Both the position numbers and the translations under genes were made by a program. Below, piece by piece: positions 40,183-52,573 of a stretch of DNA of 64,000 nucleotides (its first letter is position 1; every line of letters begins with the position of its first letter). The stretch is from SAR202 cluster bacterium. Lineage in GTDB: Bacteria > Chloroflexota > Dehalococcoidia > UBA6926 > VFHL01. Location of the stretch: assembly GCA_009392005.1 (NCBI GenBank), contig VFHL01000006.1, positions 10,671-74,670 of the forward strand, in the 5' to 3' direction. The notes beneath the pieces were generated by a model, which did not search any database, had not been told where the DNA came from, and worked only from the letters and a program-made list of their open reading frames with translations.

Positions 40183-40797
40183 TCAAGATTGTGGAAAAAC
40201 TGATCTTTGATATTTTTTTGAAACCCGGTTGCCTCCACTCAGCGTTTCCCAATCAGAGCGAAATATTTCCATTAGAACAAAATCCCAAACCCCACGACTA
40301 TTGCGGCGATATTCAACAAACCCGCACTTTTGGAAACTCTTTTGTGCACGAACATTCCAATCAAGTGTTTTTAAATAGACACGTGTCAAACCTATTTCGG
40401 CAAACAAATAACCAAGAAGTAATGTCACCGCTTCAGTGCCATATCCGCCATTCCAATAATCTTTGTCCCCAACTAAGATTCCTAATTCAGCTTCACTTTT
40501 GTAAGGATTCAAGTCATAGTACATACAATTACCAATGTGCAACCGATCATACGTCTCTATACCAAAACGCCGACTATCACTCGGTGGATTCTGTAGTTCA
40601 TCAAGATAATACGCCTCAAATTCAGCAAACGTGGTACTAGGTGGATATGTCGCATCAAGGCGTGCTAATTCCGGATCAGTACGCCAGGTGTAATCACGAA
40701 AAGCATCTTTTGAAGATTTGTCCCTCAAAAAAACCTTTCCACCCTTGAGTGTCGATTGTATGTTTGAATTCTCTTTCTTATTTCTCATTGCGAACAC
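40183..40797 (-). CDS. RimJ/RimL-type GNAT acetyltransferase
   Basis: ELGILVGDKDYWNGGYGTEA, N-x-RAQKSFQKCGF. Confidence 0.88.
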   Translation of the reverse strand: MFAMRNKKENSNIQSTLKGGKVFLRDKSSKDAFRDYTWRTDPELARLDATYPPSTTFAEFEAYYLDELQNPPSDSRRFGIETYDRLHIGNCMYYDLNPYKSEAELGILVGDKDYWNGGYGTEAVTLLLGYLFAEIGLTRVYLKTLDWNVRAQKSFQKCGFVEYRRNSRGVWDFVLMEIFRSDWETLSGGNRVSKKYQRSVFPQS

Positions 40798-41015
40798 ATC
40801 AATTTTCAGAAAGTATTTCTACGCATATCTCAACTGCCCTAAATAATATCCTATCCGGCTCCTGACGCAAAGATTCACCCCTACCTTTTTTGTCATGACA
40901 ACACGATCACATCAGTTTATAAACATGCTCCCGAAAGACACACCTAATTCCCAAAAAAGAGTTGGCGAGATACTAGAACAATTAAAAAGAAGCCTTGAAA
41001 CAAATTAGCGAATCA

Positions 41016-41044
41016 TTGACAATTTCATCTCATTGATATAGCAT
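41016..41044 (+). promoter_or_regulatory. Sigma70-type promoter for rpoBC
   Basis: TTGACA (41016-41021), 17 bp spacer, TAGCAT (41039-41044). Confidence 0.7.
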
Positions 41045-41100
41045 CGTGACCTGCACGTGAGGAATATATCAGTCTTTTCTACAAAAGTGTAATTCCTAAT

Positions 41101-41136
41101 CCTGACCCGGTCTAAGACACGGGTTGGGGCTTTTTT
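41101..41136 (+). terminator. Terminator-like hairpin in the rpoB 5' leader
   Basis: cctgacccg..cgggttggg stem followed by gctttttt, between the promoter and the rpoB SD. Confidence 0.6.
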
Positions 41137-41179
41137 GCGTTCAACTTCAAGCATTGTTTTATGTCAAAAGGAGCACGGT

Positions 41180-44100
41180 ATGAGCCTAGCGTTCTCGGAA
41201 CAGCCCAATTCGTCAACAGCGAAAAATCGACAATCATTCTCTCGATTACCGGATATTTTAGATGTGCCAAACTTGGTCCAAGTACAACTGGATTCATACA
41301 ATAATTTTCGTGACAACGGGTTGCTAGAACTTCTAGGCGAGGTGTCTCCAATTCAAGACGTCGCAAGAGAGGCCCTTCCATCAGACCTACTTGCCAATAA
41401 CTCCATCCAAGAAATCATCAAGATTGTACAAGATACTCCAACGACACTTGATCCCACTGGAGGCCGATATTCTTTGACGTTCACAGGGAAGCGTTTTAAT
41501 GATCCCAAATATAACGAGATTGAGTGCCGTGATCGTGACCTAACATATTCTTCGCCTCTTTATGTGACTGCACAGTTGGTCACAAAAGAAACTGGAGAAG
41601 TAAAAGAACAAGAGTTATTCATGGGCGATATCCCACTGATGACAGATCGAGGGACGTTCATAATAAATGGTGCAGAGCGCGTAGTGGTAAGCCAGCTGGT
41701 AAGATCTCCAGGCGCTTATTTCACAATTGAACGTGATTCAACAACAGGACGTCCGCTCTGCTTCGCTAAGCTAATACCAAGCCGAGGCGCGTGGCTCGAA
41801 TTTGAAACGAGTGCGAAGGGCGTCATCAGCGTCAAAGTTGATCGAAGAAGAAAAATGCCTGTAACTACGCTATTGAGATCTCTAGGTTACGGCACAGACG
41901 AGGCGATACTTAGTTTGTTCTCTGATTTGGAAAATGACACTGAAACGAATTATATCCAATCAACTATTGATCGTGAACCAGGAGGGCCGGACACCGACGA
42001 AGCATTATTGGACTTTTTCAAACGACTTCGACCGGGTGAACCCGCCATACCTGAAAATGCGAAATCCCTGTTGTTCAACTTGTTCTTCAATCGCAGAAGA
42101 TACGACTTAGGGAAGGTTGGGCGCTACAAACTTAATCGAGCTCTCAGTACTGATTACCCCGAAGAGAATCGTGTCTTGACGCCAGATGATTTAGTTCGAA
42201 TTATCCGCAAATTGATTATGGTCAATCAAGGTAAAATCACTCCAGATGATATTGACCACCTCGGGAATCGACGAGTACGCGCAGTCGGCGAGTTAGTACA
42301 AAACCAATTTCGTATTGGTCTGCTCCGAATGGAACGGGTCGCAAGAGAGCGAATGACCTTGGTTCAGCCGGAGAATGCTACCCCCGGACACCTGATCAAC
42401 GTTAGGCCTATTGTTGCATCAGTTCGTGAATTTTTTGGCGGATCTCAACTTTCCCAATTTATGGACCAAACGAACCCTCTCGCAGAATTGACCCACAAAC
42501 GACGATTATCCGCATTAGGACCGGGCGGCCTCTCGCGCGAACGAGCAGGATTTGACGTACGCGATGTTCACTACTCCCATTATGGACGAATATGCCCAAT
42601 TGAAACACCCGAAGGCCCAAACATTGGCCTCTTAGGTTCGCTTGCAAGCTATGCGCGAGTGAATTCATATGGATTTATTGAAACCCCCTACCGACGAGTG
42701 ATTAAAGAGATGGAAGTCAACGATCCCGATCTCATAGGAAGGGCTTCCTTAAACGACATCTCGACAAAAAAGGGAGAGTTAATTGTTAGCGCAGGATCCG
42801 AAATCACTGAAAAAGATGTGACACGCTTGAAGAAGTCACGGATCAAGAATATAGAAATCAAGCCAGCTGTAGCCGACGAAATTGAATACCTCCCAGCCGA
42901 TGTAGAAGATGACTACCATGTAGCTCAAGCGAATTCAATCCTTGATGATCGAAATCAGTTTGTGGATGATCGAGTTGAAGCAAGAAACCGCGGACAATTT
43001 CGTCATGAGCCACCCACTGCGGTGCAATTTATGGACGTGTCTCCACAGCAGATCTTTAGTGTTTCAACATCATTGATCCCCTTCTTGGAACATGATGATG
43101 CGAACCGAGCTCTAATGGGATCGAATATGCAACGACAGGCGGTACCCTTACTGCGACCAGAGGCGCCTGTAGTTGGCACCGGCATGGAAAAACGTGTCGC
43201 CCAAGATAGCGGCCAAATCGCGCTAGCAAGCGTGTCAGGGGAAATTGTAAGCGTTACAGCAAACTCAATCAGGATTCGTGATGAAAAAGGAAAAGACCAT
43301 CCACATCCGGTGAGGAAATTTGAACGGTCCAATCAAGGAACCTGTATCAATCAGAGACCAATAGTTGGCAAAGGTAACACGGTGGAAATCGGGCAACCAA
43401 TTGTTGATTCCTCCTCCACACAGAACGGGGAATTAGCTCTAGGCCAAAACGTATTGTGTGCGTTTATGAGTTGGGAAGGTTACAACTTTGAAGATGCCAT
43501 CATTATAAGTGAAACAATGGTGCGCGATGACAAGTTTACGTCCGTACATATTGAAAAATATGAAATAGAGGCACGTGATACCAAACTTGGGCCTGAAGAA
43601 ATAACTCGTGACATACCTAACGTTGGTGAAGAAAGTCTTAACGATTTAGATGAAGAGGGAGTCATTCGCGTTGGTGCGAAAGTGGGACCAGGCGACATTT
43701 TGGTCGGAAAAATCACACCCAAAGGTGAGACCGAATTATCCCCAGAAGAAAAATTACTCCGGGCTATTTTTGGTGAAAAAGCTCGAGATGTAAAAGATTC
43801 ATCCCTGCGCGTGCCACATGGCGAAAGCGGCAAAGTAATCGAAATCAAAACCCTCTCGCGGGCGGACAAAGATGAATTATCGGCTGGAATCAACAAAATG
43901 GTCCGCGTTTGGGTTGCTCAAACACGGAAAATATCCGAAGGCGACAAAATGGCCGGACGACACGGGAACAAAGGGGTCGTAGCTCGGATAATGCCATCAG
44001 AAGACATGCCCTGTTTACCAGATGGTACGCCCATCGACATTATCCTAAATCCCATCGGAGTCCCTTCACGAATGAATCTTGGACAAATACTGGAAACTCA

Positions 44101-45061
44101 TATTGGATCGGCAGCAAGACAATTGGGATTCAACGTGAAAACGCCAGTATTTAATGGTGCCACAACAACTGATATTGAAGATTCCTTATCCCAAGCATGG
44201 CTAGTTCAACGGGCAGGTGCAGCAGAAATACTGACTGGAAATGAAAATATTACTTTCAACTTGGAACAAGCACGCGAATGGGTGACAGAACAAGGTTTCG
44301 ATGGAGACTCCGTATTCAGCAAAAACTCTAACGAAGAAGCGAAAAGGGCATGCTTGACGATCTGGCTAAAAGATCAAGGAGCCAAGATAAGAAAACTTGA
44401 TGTAGAAGCTTTAGAAGAAAGAGCAGCAAAAGTCTTCAAGGAAACAGGTGTAGTTCCTCCCTTGTTTGGAAAGATGCAACTCCGAGATGGCCGAAGCGGT
44501 GAAACCTTTGATCAAGAGGTTACCGTAGGATCTGTCTACATGTTGAAGCTTATACATCAGGTTGAAGACAAAATCCATGCACGATCAACTGGACCTTATT
44601 CACTGATTACGCAGCAACCCCTTGGTGGAAAGGCCCAATTTGGTGGTCAACGCTTTGGTGAAATGGAAGTTTGGGCACTTGAAGCATATAGCGCAGCTTA
44701 TAACCTTCAAGAAATGCTTACAGTAAAATCTGACGATGTACAAGGACGCCAAAGGACCTACGAGTCTATTGTGAAGGGGGAAAACGTATTCCAACCGGGA
44801 ATCCCTGAATCATTCAACGTCCTCCAAAAGGAATTGCAAAGTCTTGGGCTTGCTGTTGACCTCCTGCAAACAGACCAGCTATCGCCAGCAGATGCATATG
44901 GCGCAACGCCCGAGCCGCCGCCATTAGAAGAGCAGCGAATACAGGATGAAATGGCCCATGCAGAAGAAGCATTACCCGTACCTGAGACTGAAGGAGAACC
45001 AGAAGGGGTAGATGCCACACCGGAATCTATTAAACAAAATGAAGAACCCAACGATTCTTAG
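41180..45061 (+). CDS. rpoB: DNA-directed RNA polymerase beta subunit
   Basis: [51 protein letters not shown]. Start ATG 41180 after AAGGAG. Confidence 0.99.
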   Translation: MSLAFSEQPNSSTAKNRQSFSRLPDILDVPNLVQVQLDSYNNFRDNGLLELLGEVSPIQDVAREALPSDLLANNSIQEIIKIVQDTPTTLDPTGGRYSLTFTGKRFNDPKYNEIECRDRDLTYSSPLYVTAQLVTKETGEVKEQELFMGDIPLMTDRGTFIINGAERVVVSQLVRSPGAYFTIERDSTTGRPLCFAKLIPSRGAWLEFETSAKGVISVKVDRRRKMPVTTLLRSLGYGTDEAILSLFSDLENDTETNYIQSTIDREPGGPDTDEALLDFFKRLRPGEPAIPENAKSLLFNLFFNRRRYDLGKVGRYKLNRALSTDYPEENRVLTPDDLVRIIRKLIMVNQGKITPDDIDHLGNRRVRAVGELVQNQFRIGLLRMERVARERMTLVQPENATPGHLINVRPIVASVREFFGGSQLSQFMDQTNPLAELTHKRRLSALGPGGLSRERAGFDVRDVHYSHYGRICPIETPEGPNIGLLGSLASYARVNSYGFIETPYRRVIKEMEVNDPDLIGRASLNDISTKKGELIVSAGSEITEKDVTRLKKSRIKNIEIKPAVADEIEYLPADVEDDYHVAQANSILDDRNQFVDDRVEARNRGQFRHEPPTAVQFMDVSPQQIFSVSTSLIPFLEHDDANRALMGSNMQRQAVPLLRPEAPVVGTGMEKRVAQDSGQIALASVSGEIVSVTANSIRIRDEKGKDHPHPVRKFERSNQGTCINQRPIVGKGNTVEIGQPIVDSSSTQNGELALGQNVLCAFMSWEGYNFEDAIIISETMVRDDKFTSVHIEKYEIEARDTKLGPEEITRDIPNVGEESLNDLDEEGVIRVGAKVGPGDILVGKITPKGETELSPEEKLLRAIFGEKARDVKDSSLRVPHGESGKVIEIKTLSRADKDELSAGINKMVRVWVAQTRKISEGDKMAGRHGNKGVVARIMPSEDMPCLPDGTPIDIILNPIGVPSRMNLGQILETHIGSAARQLGFNVKTPVFNGATTTDIEDSLSQAWLVQRAGAAEILTGNENITFNLEQAREWVTEQGFDGDSVFSKNSNEEAKRACLTIWLKDQGAKIRKLDVEALEERAAKVFKETGVVPPLFGKMQLRDGRSGETFDQEVTVGSVYMLKLIHQVEDKIHARSTGPYSLITQQPLGGKAQFGGQRFGEMEVWALEAYSAAYNLQEMLTVKSDDVQGRQRTYESIVKGENVFQPGIPESFNVLQKELQSLGLAVDLLQTDQLSPADAYGATPEPPPLEEQRIQDEMAHAEEALPVPETEGEPEGVDATPESIKQNEEPNDS

Positions 45062-45137
45062 CGTTCTATAGCACTATCTCAACTGAAACCATTAAACTAA
45101 TTAATAACGTACCAGACGAAGGGAGACTCTGAACATC

Positions 45138-48100
45138 ATGGAAGAGCGAGCGCCGAGTTGGCGAGACCAAGAAAACAGCCTGGATGAAAATATCAATTTC
45201 AGCGCTATCAAAATCTCCCTAGCATCACCTGAACGAATCATGAGTTGGTCATATGGAGAAGTTACAAAACCTGAAACCATCAATTACAGAAACCAAAAAC
45301 CCGAAAAAGATGGGTTGTTTTGTGAACGAATATTTGGTCCAACGAAAGACTTCGAGTGCGCTTGCGGCAAGTACAAACGTATACGATTCCGAAATGTGGT
45401 TTGCGACCGATGCGGAGTTGAAGTGACTCGATCCAAAGTTCGGCGGGAACGGATGGGACACATAAGGCTTGCGGCGCCAGTCGCACACATATGGTTTGCC
45501 AAAGGAACCCCAAGTTGGCTCGGATTACTTCTTGACCTTTCCCCCCGCAACCTTGAACGCGTTCTATACTTAGCACAGTACATCATCACAGATGTCGACA
45601 CGGAACTTATAGCTGACATTCTACAATCTAAAACGCTTGATACAGAAAATGCGATCGCTAAGATTCAAGAACAGGAAGAAAAAGAAGTTGGGCAAGCACG
45701 TGCTGGCCTAGACGAAGTCCATAAAAACCTAAACGAACGGCTCGAGAAACAGCTAAATGACGTTCAGACTCAATGGGAAACCGTTAAAGCTGATGGCCTT
45801 AAAGAAATCGCACAAATCAAAAAGAACATTGAAGAGCAATTAGGAACAAAGGCGTCAGAAGGCATCTCCCTCGGTAAAACCCGCATTATCAAGAAAAACC
45901 AAATCATCAAAAACACGCATGTCGAACTTTTAGATGCAAGTGAAGAAAAATACCTTCAGGAGCTTCAGGACACAATTGATGAAAAGAAACTTGATGTAGA
46001 AGCATTAATTGCCGCCGAACGTGAAGCGATCGACCAAACAATGGGCGAGGAAATCACCAAATTATTGGGACAGTTTAAAGAGCAGCGCGACAATATCACT
46101 AAGAATGGCAACGAGGAGACAGCGGAATTAGAAAATATCAAGCCTCTACAGATTTTAAATGAAGCACGATTCCAAGAACTGACCGCGGCCTATCCTTCAT
46201 CATTCAATGCAGGGATGGGATCGGACGCAATACTGCAAGCGCTTGAAACCATCGATTTAGAATCTCTCCACGAAGATCTGTTCCATGAATCAGTATCAGG
46301 GACTGGGCAAAAAGCCAAGAAAGCAGCTAAGCGTCTATTAGTCGTCGATGCCCTTCGGAAAAGTGGTAACAAGCCAACATGGATGATCCTTCAAGCACTT
46401 CCCGTGCTGCCTCCTGACTTACGGCCCATGGTGCAACTAGATGGTGGACGATTTGCTACAAGCGACTTGAATGATCTTTATCGACGGGTAATTAACCGGA
46501 ACAATCGACTGAAACGTCTGCTAGACCTTGGAGCACCTGAGATTATCGTACGTAATGAAAAAAGAATGCTTCAAGAGTCCGTCGATGCATTAATCGATAA
46601 TGGACGGCGGGGACGCGCATTGACAGGAAGTCATAACCACAAACTGAAATCCCTTTCAGACATGCTTCGTGGAAAACAGGGGCGGTTTCGCCAGAACCTC
46701 TTAGGGAAACGTGTCGATTACAGCGGTCGTTCAGTCATTGTTGTTGGGCCGGAGCTTAAACTTAACCAGTGTGGATTACCTAAGAGAATGGCTTTGGAAC
46801 TATTTAAACCATTTGTAATGTACAAACTGGTCGCAAAAGGACTTGCGCACAATATCAAAAGTGCGAAGCGATTGGTAGACCGTGTAAGACCAGAAGTCTG
46901 GGATGTATTGGAAGAAGTAATTGAAGGCCGTCCAGTACTCCTAAATCGGGCACCAACCTTACACCGGCTCGGTATTCAGGCCTTCATGCCAACCTTAGTA
47001 GAAGGGAGCGCAATCCAGGTTCACCCACTCGTATGTGCAGCATTCAATGCTGACTTTGACGGTGACCAAATGGCAATTCATGTCCCAGTTGGCAAAGCCG
47101 CAATTGAGGAAGCAAAGAGTGTCATGCTGAGCACCGGGAACATGCTTCTACCAAGCTCAGGCGAACCTGTTGTAGCTCCGACACTTGATATTGTCGTCGG
47201 ATGTTACTACGTCACCATGGATGACTCTGAAGAAAACCCTAAAGACGATCGGTCGATCTCCCACTACAGAGACTTCGAAGATGCCAAAATCGCCTATAGT
47301 CTTGGAGAACTTCCCCTACACTCCGTTGTAGAAGTTGGAACCGGGTACGGTACCGAGAAGCCGCAAAGAGAACTTTGGGATGGCGAAACGGAAGACGGGA
47401 GAATTCGTACCACAGTTGGGCGAATTATTTTCAATGATGCGCTACCTAAAGAGCTACCATTCCAAAACAGATTGATTGATAAAGCTGCACTCAAAGAAGT
47501 TACCGTCGCCACTTATAACCTTGTAGGTAATGACGAAACAGCAGAATGTTTAGACCGCATTAAAAAGCTTGGATTCCGTTATGCAACTCAATCGGGCTTA
47601 ACGATAGCCTTAAATGATATTGCCACTCCTGAAGAAAAAGAAGCTTTAATGGATAAAGCAGACGAAGATGTCGCCGGCATTGAAAATGATTACGACATGG
47701 GATTAATTACTGAGGATGAAAAAGATTTACGCATCATCGATGTGTGGACGTCCGTCAGTGACGAGATGAATGTGGTGATTAACAACAACATTAGGGATTA
47801 CGGCAACCTCTATTTGATGGCTGGATCAGGTGCTAAAGGTAACATTAATCAAATCAAACAGATGGCAGGAATGCGTGGTCTCATGGCAGACCCACAAGGC
47901 AAGATCATTCCTCTCCCAATACGTGCAAGTTTCCGTGAAGGGCTCAGCGTGATGGAATATTTCATTTCCACACACGGTGCACGCAAGGGTCTCGCAGACA
48001 CAGCATTAAGAACCGCTGATAGCGGATATCTGACTCGACGACTGATCGATGTATCACAAGACGTCATTGTAATGGAAACAGATTGTGGAACCTCAAAAGG

Positions 48101-49538
48101 AATCTGGGCGTCATCTCCTAATGACACGTCTCTTCGAATAAGTCTGGCAGAAAGAATAGCAGGACGCGTGTCGGCGGCAGACGTATTGGACCCGAACACG
48201 GGCGATGTTATCGTCAAAATGAATGACGAGATTGACGAGCATATTGCTCAAACTATTAGCGATGTAGGTGTGGAAACAGTCTATGTACGAAGTCCATTAA
48301 CGTGTGAAGCAAGACGGGGAGTATGCCAATGGTGTTACGGACGCAGCTTAGCTCATGGCCGACTCGTCGCTAAGGGCGAAGCAGTAGGAATCATATCCGC
48401 ACAATCAATCGGTGAACCCGGAACACAGCTGACAATGCGAACATTCCACACCGGAGGTGTTGCGGGAATTGACATCACAAGTGGGTTACCACGAGTCGAA
48501 GAAATTTTCGAAGCGCGTACCCCTAAGTTGGCGGCACCAATTGCAGAGACAGACGGCCTTGTTGAAATTATTGAAGGGTCAGATGGCCGTCGGATACATA
48601 TCGTAAGTCAAGAGATTTACAAAGAGGAATACGAGCTTCCGGAAGGATTCGAATGGAAATCAACAGATGAGGACTGGGTCGACGTGGGAACAGTTTTAGC
48701 CCAACCCAAAAAGTCCAAAAAAGGTGATCAAAAAGATCAAGAAAACGAGGCTCCATTAGCGAGGATTCCTGGTCGGACATTGATCGAAAAAGAGAAATTA
48801 ACTATCTACCATGAAGAAAGAGATGAACGCGAATACGTGGTGCCTATCGGTGCTAGAATCCTCGTCGAAAATGGTCAGCGCATTAAGGCTGGAGAGCAAT
48901 TGTCGATGGGATCAATTAATCCTCAGGACCTACTACGTATTAGCGGAGAAGGTGCAGTTGTAAGCTATTTGGTTGACGAAGTTCAACGCGTCTACAGAAC
49001 GCAAGGAGTAGCGATCCACGACAAGCATATTGAAATTATTGTTAGGCAAATGCTCCGGCGTGTGCGCGTAGATCATCCTGGGGATAGCGAATATTCTCAG
49101 GGAGAATTAGTCGACAGACTATTGTTTGAGTCCACTAATGCAAGTATTCTCGCTCAAGCAGGAGAACCGGCAACTGCACAACCAGTGCTCCTCGGTGTTA
49201 CCAAAGCATCATTAAATACCGATAGCTTCTTGGCTGCAGCATCATTCCAAGAAACAACTCGTGTACTAGCGAAAGATGCGCTATTGGGGAAAGTGGATTT
49301 GCTCCGTGGATTAAAGGAAAATGTTATTCTTGGCCGACTTATACCTGCACGATACGAATTTGCGGAACAGCAAATGCTTCGAATGCAACCTTTAACAGAA
49401 CAAGAGAAAATAGCGGTTGAAGCCGGATCTCAAGAACTTGATGAAGGTGAAGAGCTTGTGACAGAGGCAACCGTCAACGTCGAGCAAGATACTAGTACCG
49501 AAGAGGCGACCGATACAGCTGAAATATCAACTGATTAA
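45138..49538 (+). CDS. rpoC: DNA-directed RNA polymerase beta' subunit
   Basis: N-terminal Zn finger, [31 protein letters not shown]. Confidence 0.99.
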   Translation: MEERAPSWRDQENSLDENINFSAIKISLASPERIMSWSYGEVTKPETINYRNQKPEKDGLFCERIFGPTKDFECACGKYKRIRFRNVVCDRCGVEVTRSKVRRERMGHIRLAAPVAHIWFAKGTPSWLGLLLDLSPRNLERVLYLAQYIITDVDTELIADILQSKTLDTENAIAKIQEQEEKEVGQARAGLDEVHKNLNERLEKQLNDVQTQWETVKADGLKEIAQIKKNIEEQLGTKASEGISLGKTRIIKKNQIIKNTHVELLDASEEKYLQELQDTIDEKKLDVEALIAAEREAIDQTMGEEITKLLGQFKEQRDNITKNGNEETAELENIKPLQILNEARFQELTAAYPSSFNAGMGSDAILQALETIDLESLHEDLFHESVSGTGQKAKKAAKRLLVVDALRKSGNKPTWMILQALPVLPPDLRPMVQLDGGRFATSDLNDLYRRVINRNNRLKRLLDLGAPEIIVRNEKRMLQESVDALIDNGRRGRALTGSHNHKLKSLSDMLRGKQGRFRQNLLGKRVDYSGRSVIVVGPELKLNQCGLPKRMALELFKPFVMYKLVAKGLAHNIKSAKRLVDRVRPEVWDVLEEVIEGRPVLLNRAPTLHRLGIQAFMPTLVEGSAIQVHPLVCAAFNADFDGDQMAIHVPVGKAAIEEAKSVMLSTGNMLLPSSGEPVVAPTLDIVVGCYYVTMDDSEENPKDDRSISHYRDFEDAKIAYSLGELPLHSVVEVGTGYGTEKPQRELWDGETEDGRIRTTVGRIIFNDALPKELPFQNRLIDKAALKEVTVATYNLVGNDETAECLDRIKKLGFRYATQSGLTIALNDIATPEEKEALMDKADEDVAGIENDYDMGLITEDEKDLRIIDVWTSVSDEMNVVINNNIRDYGNLYLMAGSGAKGNINQIKQMAGMRGLMADPQGKIIPLPIRASFREGLSVMEYFISTHGARKGLADTALRTADSGYLTRRLIDVSQDVIVMETDCGTSKGIWASSPNDTSLRISLAERIAGRVSAADVLDPNTGDVIVKMNDEIDEHIAQTISDVGVETVYVRSPLTCEARRGVCQWCYGRSLAHGRLVAKGEAVGIISAQSIGEPGTQLTMRTFHTGGVAGIDITSGLPRVEEIFEARTPKLAAPIAETDGLVEIIEGSDGRRIHIVSQEIYKEEYELPEGFEWKSTDEDWVDVGTVLAQPKKSKKGDQKDQENEAPLARIPGRTLIEKEKLTIYHEERDEREYVVPIGARILVENGQRIKAGEQLSMGSINPQDLLRISGEGAVVSYLVDEVQRVYRTQGVAIHDKHIEIIVRQMLRRVRVDHPGDSEYSQGELVDRLLFESTNASILAQAGEPATAQPVLLGVTKASLNTDSFLAAASFQETTRVLAKDALLGKVDLLRGLKENVILGRLIPARYEFAEQQMLRMQPLTEQEKIAVEAGSQELDEGEELVTEATVNVEQDTSTEEATDTAEISTD

Positions 49539-49613
49539 GTTACTCTAGACATACTTTAGAAACAAATACCAAACGGGACTTCATCTAAACCCCGTTTGGT
49601 ATACAATGCAAAC

Positions 49614-50531
49614 ATGGATTTGTCATTAACCATTCCTAGTTCAAACCAACATGTCGAACTTGCGAATCCCGTTTTCACTGCATCGGGCACTTTCGGTTTC
49701 GGAACGGACCACTCAGACGCCACTGAGATGACATACTTGGGGGCTATCGTTACCAAAACAACAACTCTTAACCCACGGTTCGGAAACCCTCAACCCAGAA
49801 TCGCTGAAACATCAAGCGGAATGTTAAATTCCATTGGTTTGCAAAACCCAGGATTGGAAGCTGTGATCAGTGATAAAGCACCCTCATGGACGGATATTGA
49901 AGTGCCTATTTTCGTTAGTATTGCTGCTGAAGATGCAGCTGAATTCGCATATATGGCAGAGCGGTTGAGCACTGTAGCAGGAGTGACAGGGATCGAATTG
50001 AATCTTAGCTGTCCAAATGTCGCCGGTGGGTTGGATTTCAGCACAGATCCAAAACTTGCAAGCCAAGTTGTTGAAAAAGTCCGAAAAGTGACACCACTCC
50101 CTATCATCGCAAAGTTAACTCCGAATGTTACAAATATCATCCCAATAGCACAAGCGGTGGAAAATGCCGGCGCCAATGCTTTGGCATTAACAAACACATT
50201 GCTAGGAACGGCAATTGATATTGAACGTCAAAAACCAATCCTTTCAACAATCTTTGGAGGATTGTCAGGACCTGCCATCAAGCCCGTGGTCCTTGCGGCA
50301 GTCTACAAAGTAGCAGAATTCGCTCGCGTACCAATCATTGGGATTGGCGGGATTCGTACCGGTGCCGATGCAATAGAATTCATGCTCGCTGGTGCGGCAG
50401 CTGTTCAGATAGGAACAGGAAACTTTCTAGACCCGGAGACACCGAGAAAAGTTATCCAAGAAATTCAAGAATACATGTCTCAACACAATATTAATAAATT
50501 GTCTGATATCATTGGCGGAGCCAGAAGATAG
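49614..50531 (+). CDS. pyrD: Dihydroorotate dehydrogenase family 1B catalytic subunit
   Basis: ASGTFG, GNPQPRI, NSIGLQNPG, NLSCPN, KLTPN, GGLSGPAIKP. Probable start ATG 49614. Confidence 0.95.
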   Translation: MDLSLTIPSSNQHVELANPVFTASGTFGFGTDHSDATEMTYLGAIVTKTTTLNPRFGNPQPRIAETSSGMLNSIGLQNPGLEAVISDKAPSWTDIEVPIFVSIAAEDAAEFAYMAERLSTVAGVTGIELNLSCPNVAGGLDFSTDPKLASQVVEKVRKVTPLPIIAKLTPNVTNIIPIAQAVENAGANALALTNTLLGTAIDIERQKPILSTIFGGLSGPAIKPVVLAAVYKVAEFARVPIIGIGGIRTGADAIEFMLAGAAAVQIGTGNFLDPETPRKVIQEIQEYMSQHNINKLSDIIGGARR

Positions 50532-50581
50532 TAGAAGCCAACAAGCTCCTATACAAAAAAGTAATGCACGGAGATAGTCAC

Positions 50582-50887
50582 GTGACCCAGAATAAAAATC
50601 CTGATTTAACTCTTGATGATGTAAAACATGTAGCCGCTTTGGCGAGAATTCAAGTTGCAGAATCAGAACTAGAAACTATCCGAACACAGTTAAGCGATGT
50701 TCTTGAAATATTCGCGGCTTTGCAAGATGTTGATACAACGAATGTTGAGCCGACAGGTCACGTCAACTCAGTAAACAGTGTGATGCGAGAAGACGAACCG
50801 AGCCCCTCACTGACACAAGAACAAGTTTTGGCTAACGCCCCTCAAGAATACGAATCATTTTTTCGTATCAAACCAGTCCTCGATTAG
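50582..50887 (+). CDS. gatC: Asp/Glu-tRNA amidotransferase subunit C
   Basis: VKHVAALARI..VDTTNVEPT..MREDE..LANAP; upstream of gatA. Probable start GTG 50582. Confidence 0.93.
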   Translation: MTQNKNPDLTLDDVKHVAALARIQVAESELETIRTQLSDVLEIFAALQDVDTTNVEPTGHVNSVNSVMREDEPSPSLTQEQVLANAPQEYESFFRIKPVLD

Positions 50888-50980
50888 ATTATAGATCCTG
50901 TTTTCACGTTTGGTAGTATCTCGTCATAAATAAGAAAGATATCGATACATATTATCTAACTAAGGGGAATCAAGAAAAGA

Positions 50981-52444
50981 ATGACAAAAGACCTTCACGA
51001 ACTCACACTGATCGAAGCTTCAGCCTTACTTAACAGTAGAGAAATCTCTTCCGAAGAGTTAACTACATCCGTACTCAATCGAATTGAAGCCGTCGAAGAA
51101 AAAGTCCATGCGTTTGTTACAGTCACCAGAGATAAAGCCTTGAAAGACGCGAAATCTGCAGACAAGAAAAGATCATCTGGCGAAAATGGTCCCTTGCTAG
51201 GAATCCCCGGCGCGATCAAGGACAACATGTGCGTGGAAAATGTGCCTACGACTTGTTCCTCGAGGATGCTTGAAAATTTTATCCCACCTTATAACGCGCA
51301 CGTCGTCGATCTCTTAGCAGGTGCAGGTGCAGTAATAATCGGCAAAACAAATATGGACGAATTTGCGATGGGATCCTCTACTGAAAATTCAGCCTTTTTC
51401 CCAACACATAATCCATGGAATACCGAATATGTTCCTGGTGGATCCAGTGGAGGGTCTGCCGCTGCTGTCGCGGCAGGCGAGGGTTTTTTTGCGCTTGGTA
51501 GTGATACCGGTGGATCAATCCGTCAACCGGCTTCATTTTGTGGCGTAGTCGGTCTCAAGCCAACCTATGGACGCATTAGTCGATATGGCTTAGTCGCGTT
51601 TGGAAGTTCCCTTGATCAAATCGGCCCTCTTACATCAACCGTCGCCGGTTCTGCCGCTGTTCTAAACGCAATCGCAGGGCATGACAATCGAGACTCAACA
51701 TCAATACCTGAAACACCACCGGACTACACTAAATCTCTTGACCACGAAATTAAGGGAGTACGGATTGGAGTAGTGAAAGAACTGCTTAATGACGGGATTG
51801 ATTCTTCGATTCGATCCGCCATTTTAAAAGCAGTAGAGGTTTTAGAAAAATCTGGAGCAATAGTTGATCTAGATGCATCGTTACCTTCAATACAACATGC
51901 TCTCTCTGTGTATTACATCATTGCGCCTGCAGAGGTGTCAGCGAACTTAGCGCGATATGATGGTGTCAAATATGGATATTCACCAGTTGATGATGGGACA
52001 ATGTGGGAAGTAATGGAAAAGGCTCGTGAATTTGGGTTTGGGCCCGAAGTAAAACGAAGGATACTACTTGGGACATATGCTCTATCGGCAGGATATTATG
52101 ATGCCTATTACAAAAAGGCGCAGCAAGTTAGAACATTAATACGTCAGGAATATACAAACGCCTTTGAAAAATACGACGTACTACTGTCCCCCACTACCCC
52201 AACTCTACCCTTTAAAATAGGGGAAAAAACAGCTGATCCCGTTGCAATGTACCTGAATGATATTTGTACAATTCCAACAAATATTGCCGGCATCCCAAGT
52301 ATTTCTTTACAATGTGGTATAGAAGACGGACTGCCAATCGGATTGCAAATCTCAGGCAAACCACTAGATGAAGAGATGGTATTGCGTGTCGCGTACGCCT
52401 ATGAGCAACAAACCACATGGCATACAACGCGACCATCTTTATAA
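50981..52444 (+). CDS. gatA: Asp/Glu-tRNA amidotransferase subunit A
   Basis: IKDN, GKTNMDEFAMGSS, GGSSGGS, GSDTGGSIRQPA, NLARYDG, GYYDAYY. Confidence 0.97.
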   Translation: MTKDLHELTLIEASALLNSREISSEELTTSVLNRIEAVEEKVHAFVTVTRDKALKDAKSADKKRSSGENGPLLGIPGAIKDNMCVENVPTTCSSRMLENFIPPYNAHVVDLLAGAGAVIIGKTNMDEFAMGSSTENSAFFPTHNPWNTEYVPGGSSGGSAAAVAAGEGFFALGSDTGGSIRQPASFCGVVGLKPTYGRISRYGLVAFGSSLDQIGPLTSTVAGSAAVLNAIAGHDNRDSTSIPETPPDYTKSLDHEIKGVRIGVVKELLNDGIDSSIRSAILKAVEVLEKSGAIVDLDASLPSIQHALSVYYIIAPAEVSANLARYDGVKYGYSPVDDGTMWEVMEKAREFGFGPEVKRRILLGTYALSAGYYDAYYKKAQQVRTLIRQEYTNAFEKYDVLLSPTTPTLPFKIGEKTADPVAMYLNDICTIPTNIAGIPSISLQCGIEDGLPIGLQISGKPLDEEMVLRVAYAYEQQTTWHTTRPSL

Positions 52445-52573
52445 AGACTGTTATGGTAAAGTATAAAATCGCTTTACATTTAAAGAGATGATCATGCTCA
52501 TCATCCGCTATTAATCAAAGTCCGATAATTCCAGAAAGCGCATTGAAACAAATAGATAGGAAGACGAGAATAG

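Noticed and set aside
40119..40640. 173-aa plus-strand ORF
   Set aside because: Antisense shadow of the GNAT gene, with no motifs.
42430..42530. Rifampicin-resistance substitutions in RpoB cluster I
   Set aside because: [26 protein letters not shown] carries the usual sensitive-type Q, D, H and S residues.
50582..52444. gatCA without adjacent gatB, and hisHA without hisF, as pathway loss
   Set aside because: Split operons are common; the missing genes may lie outside the window.
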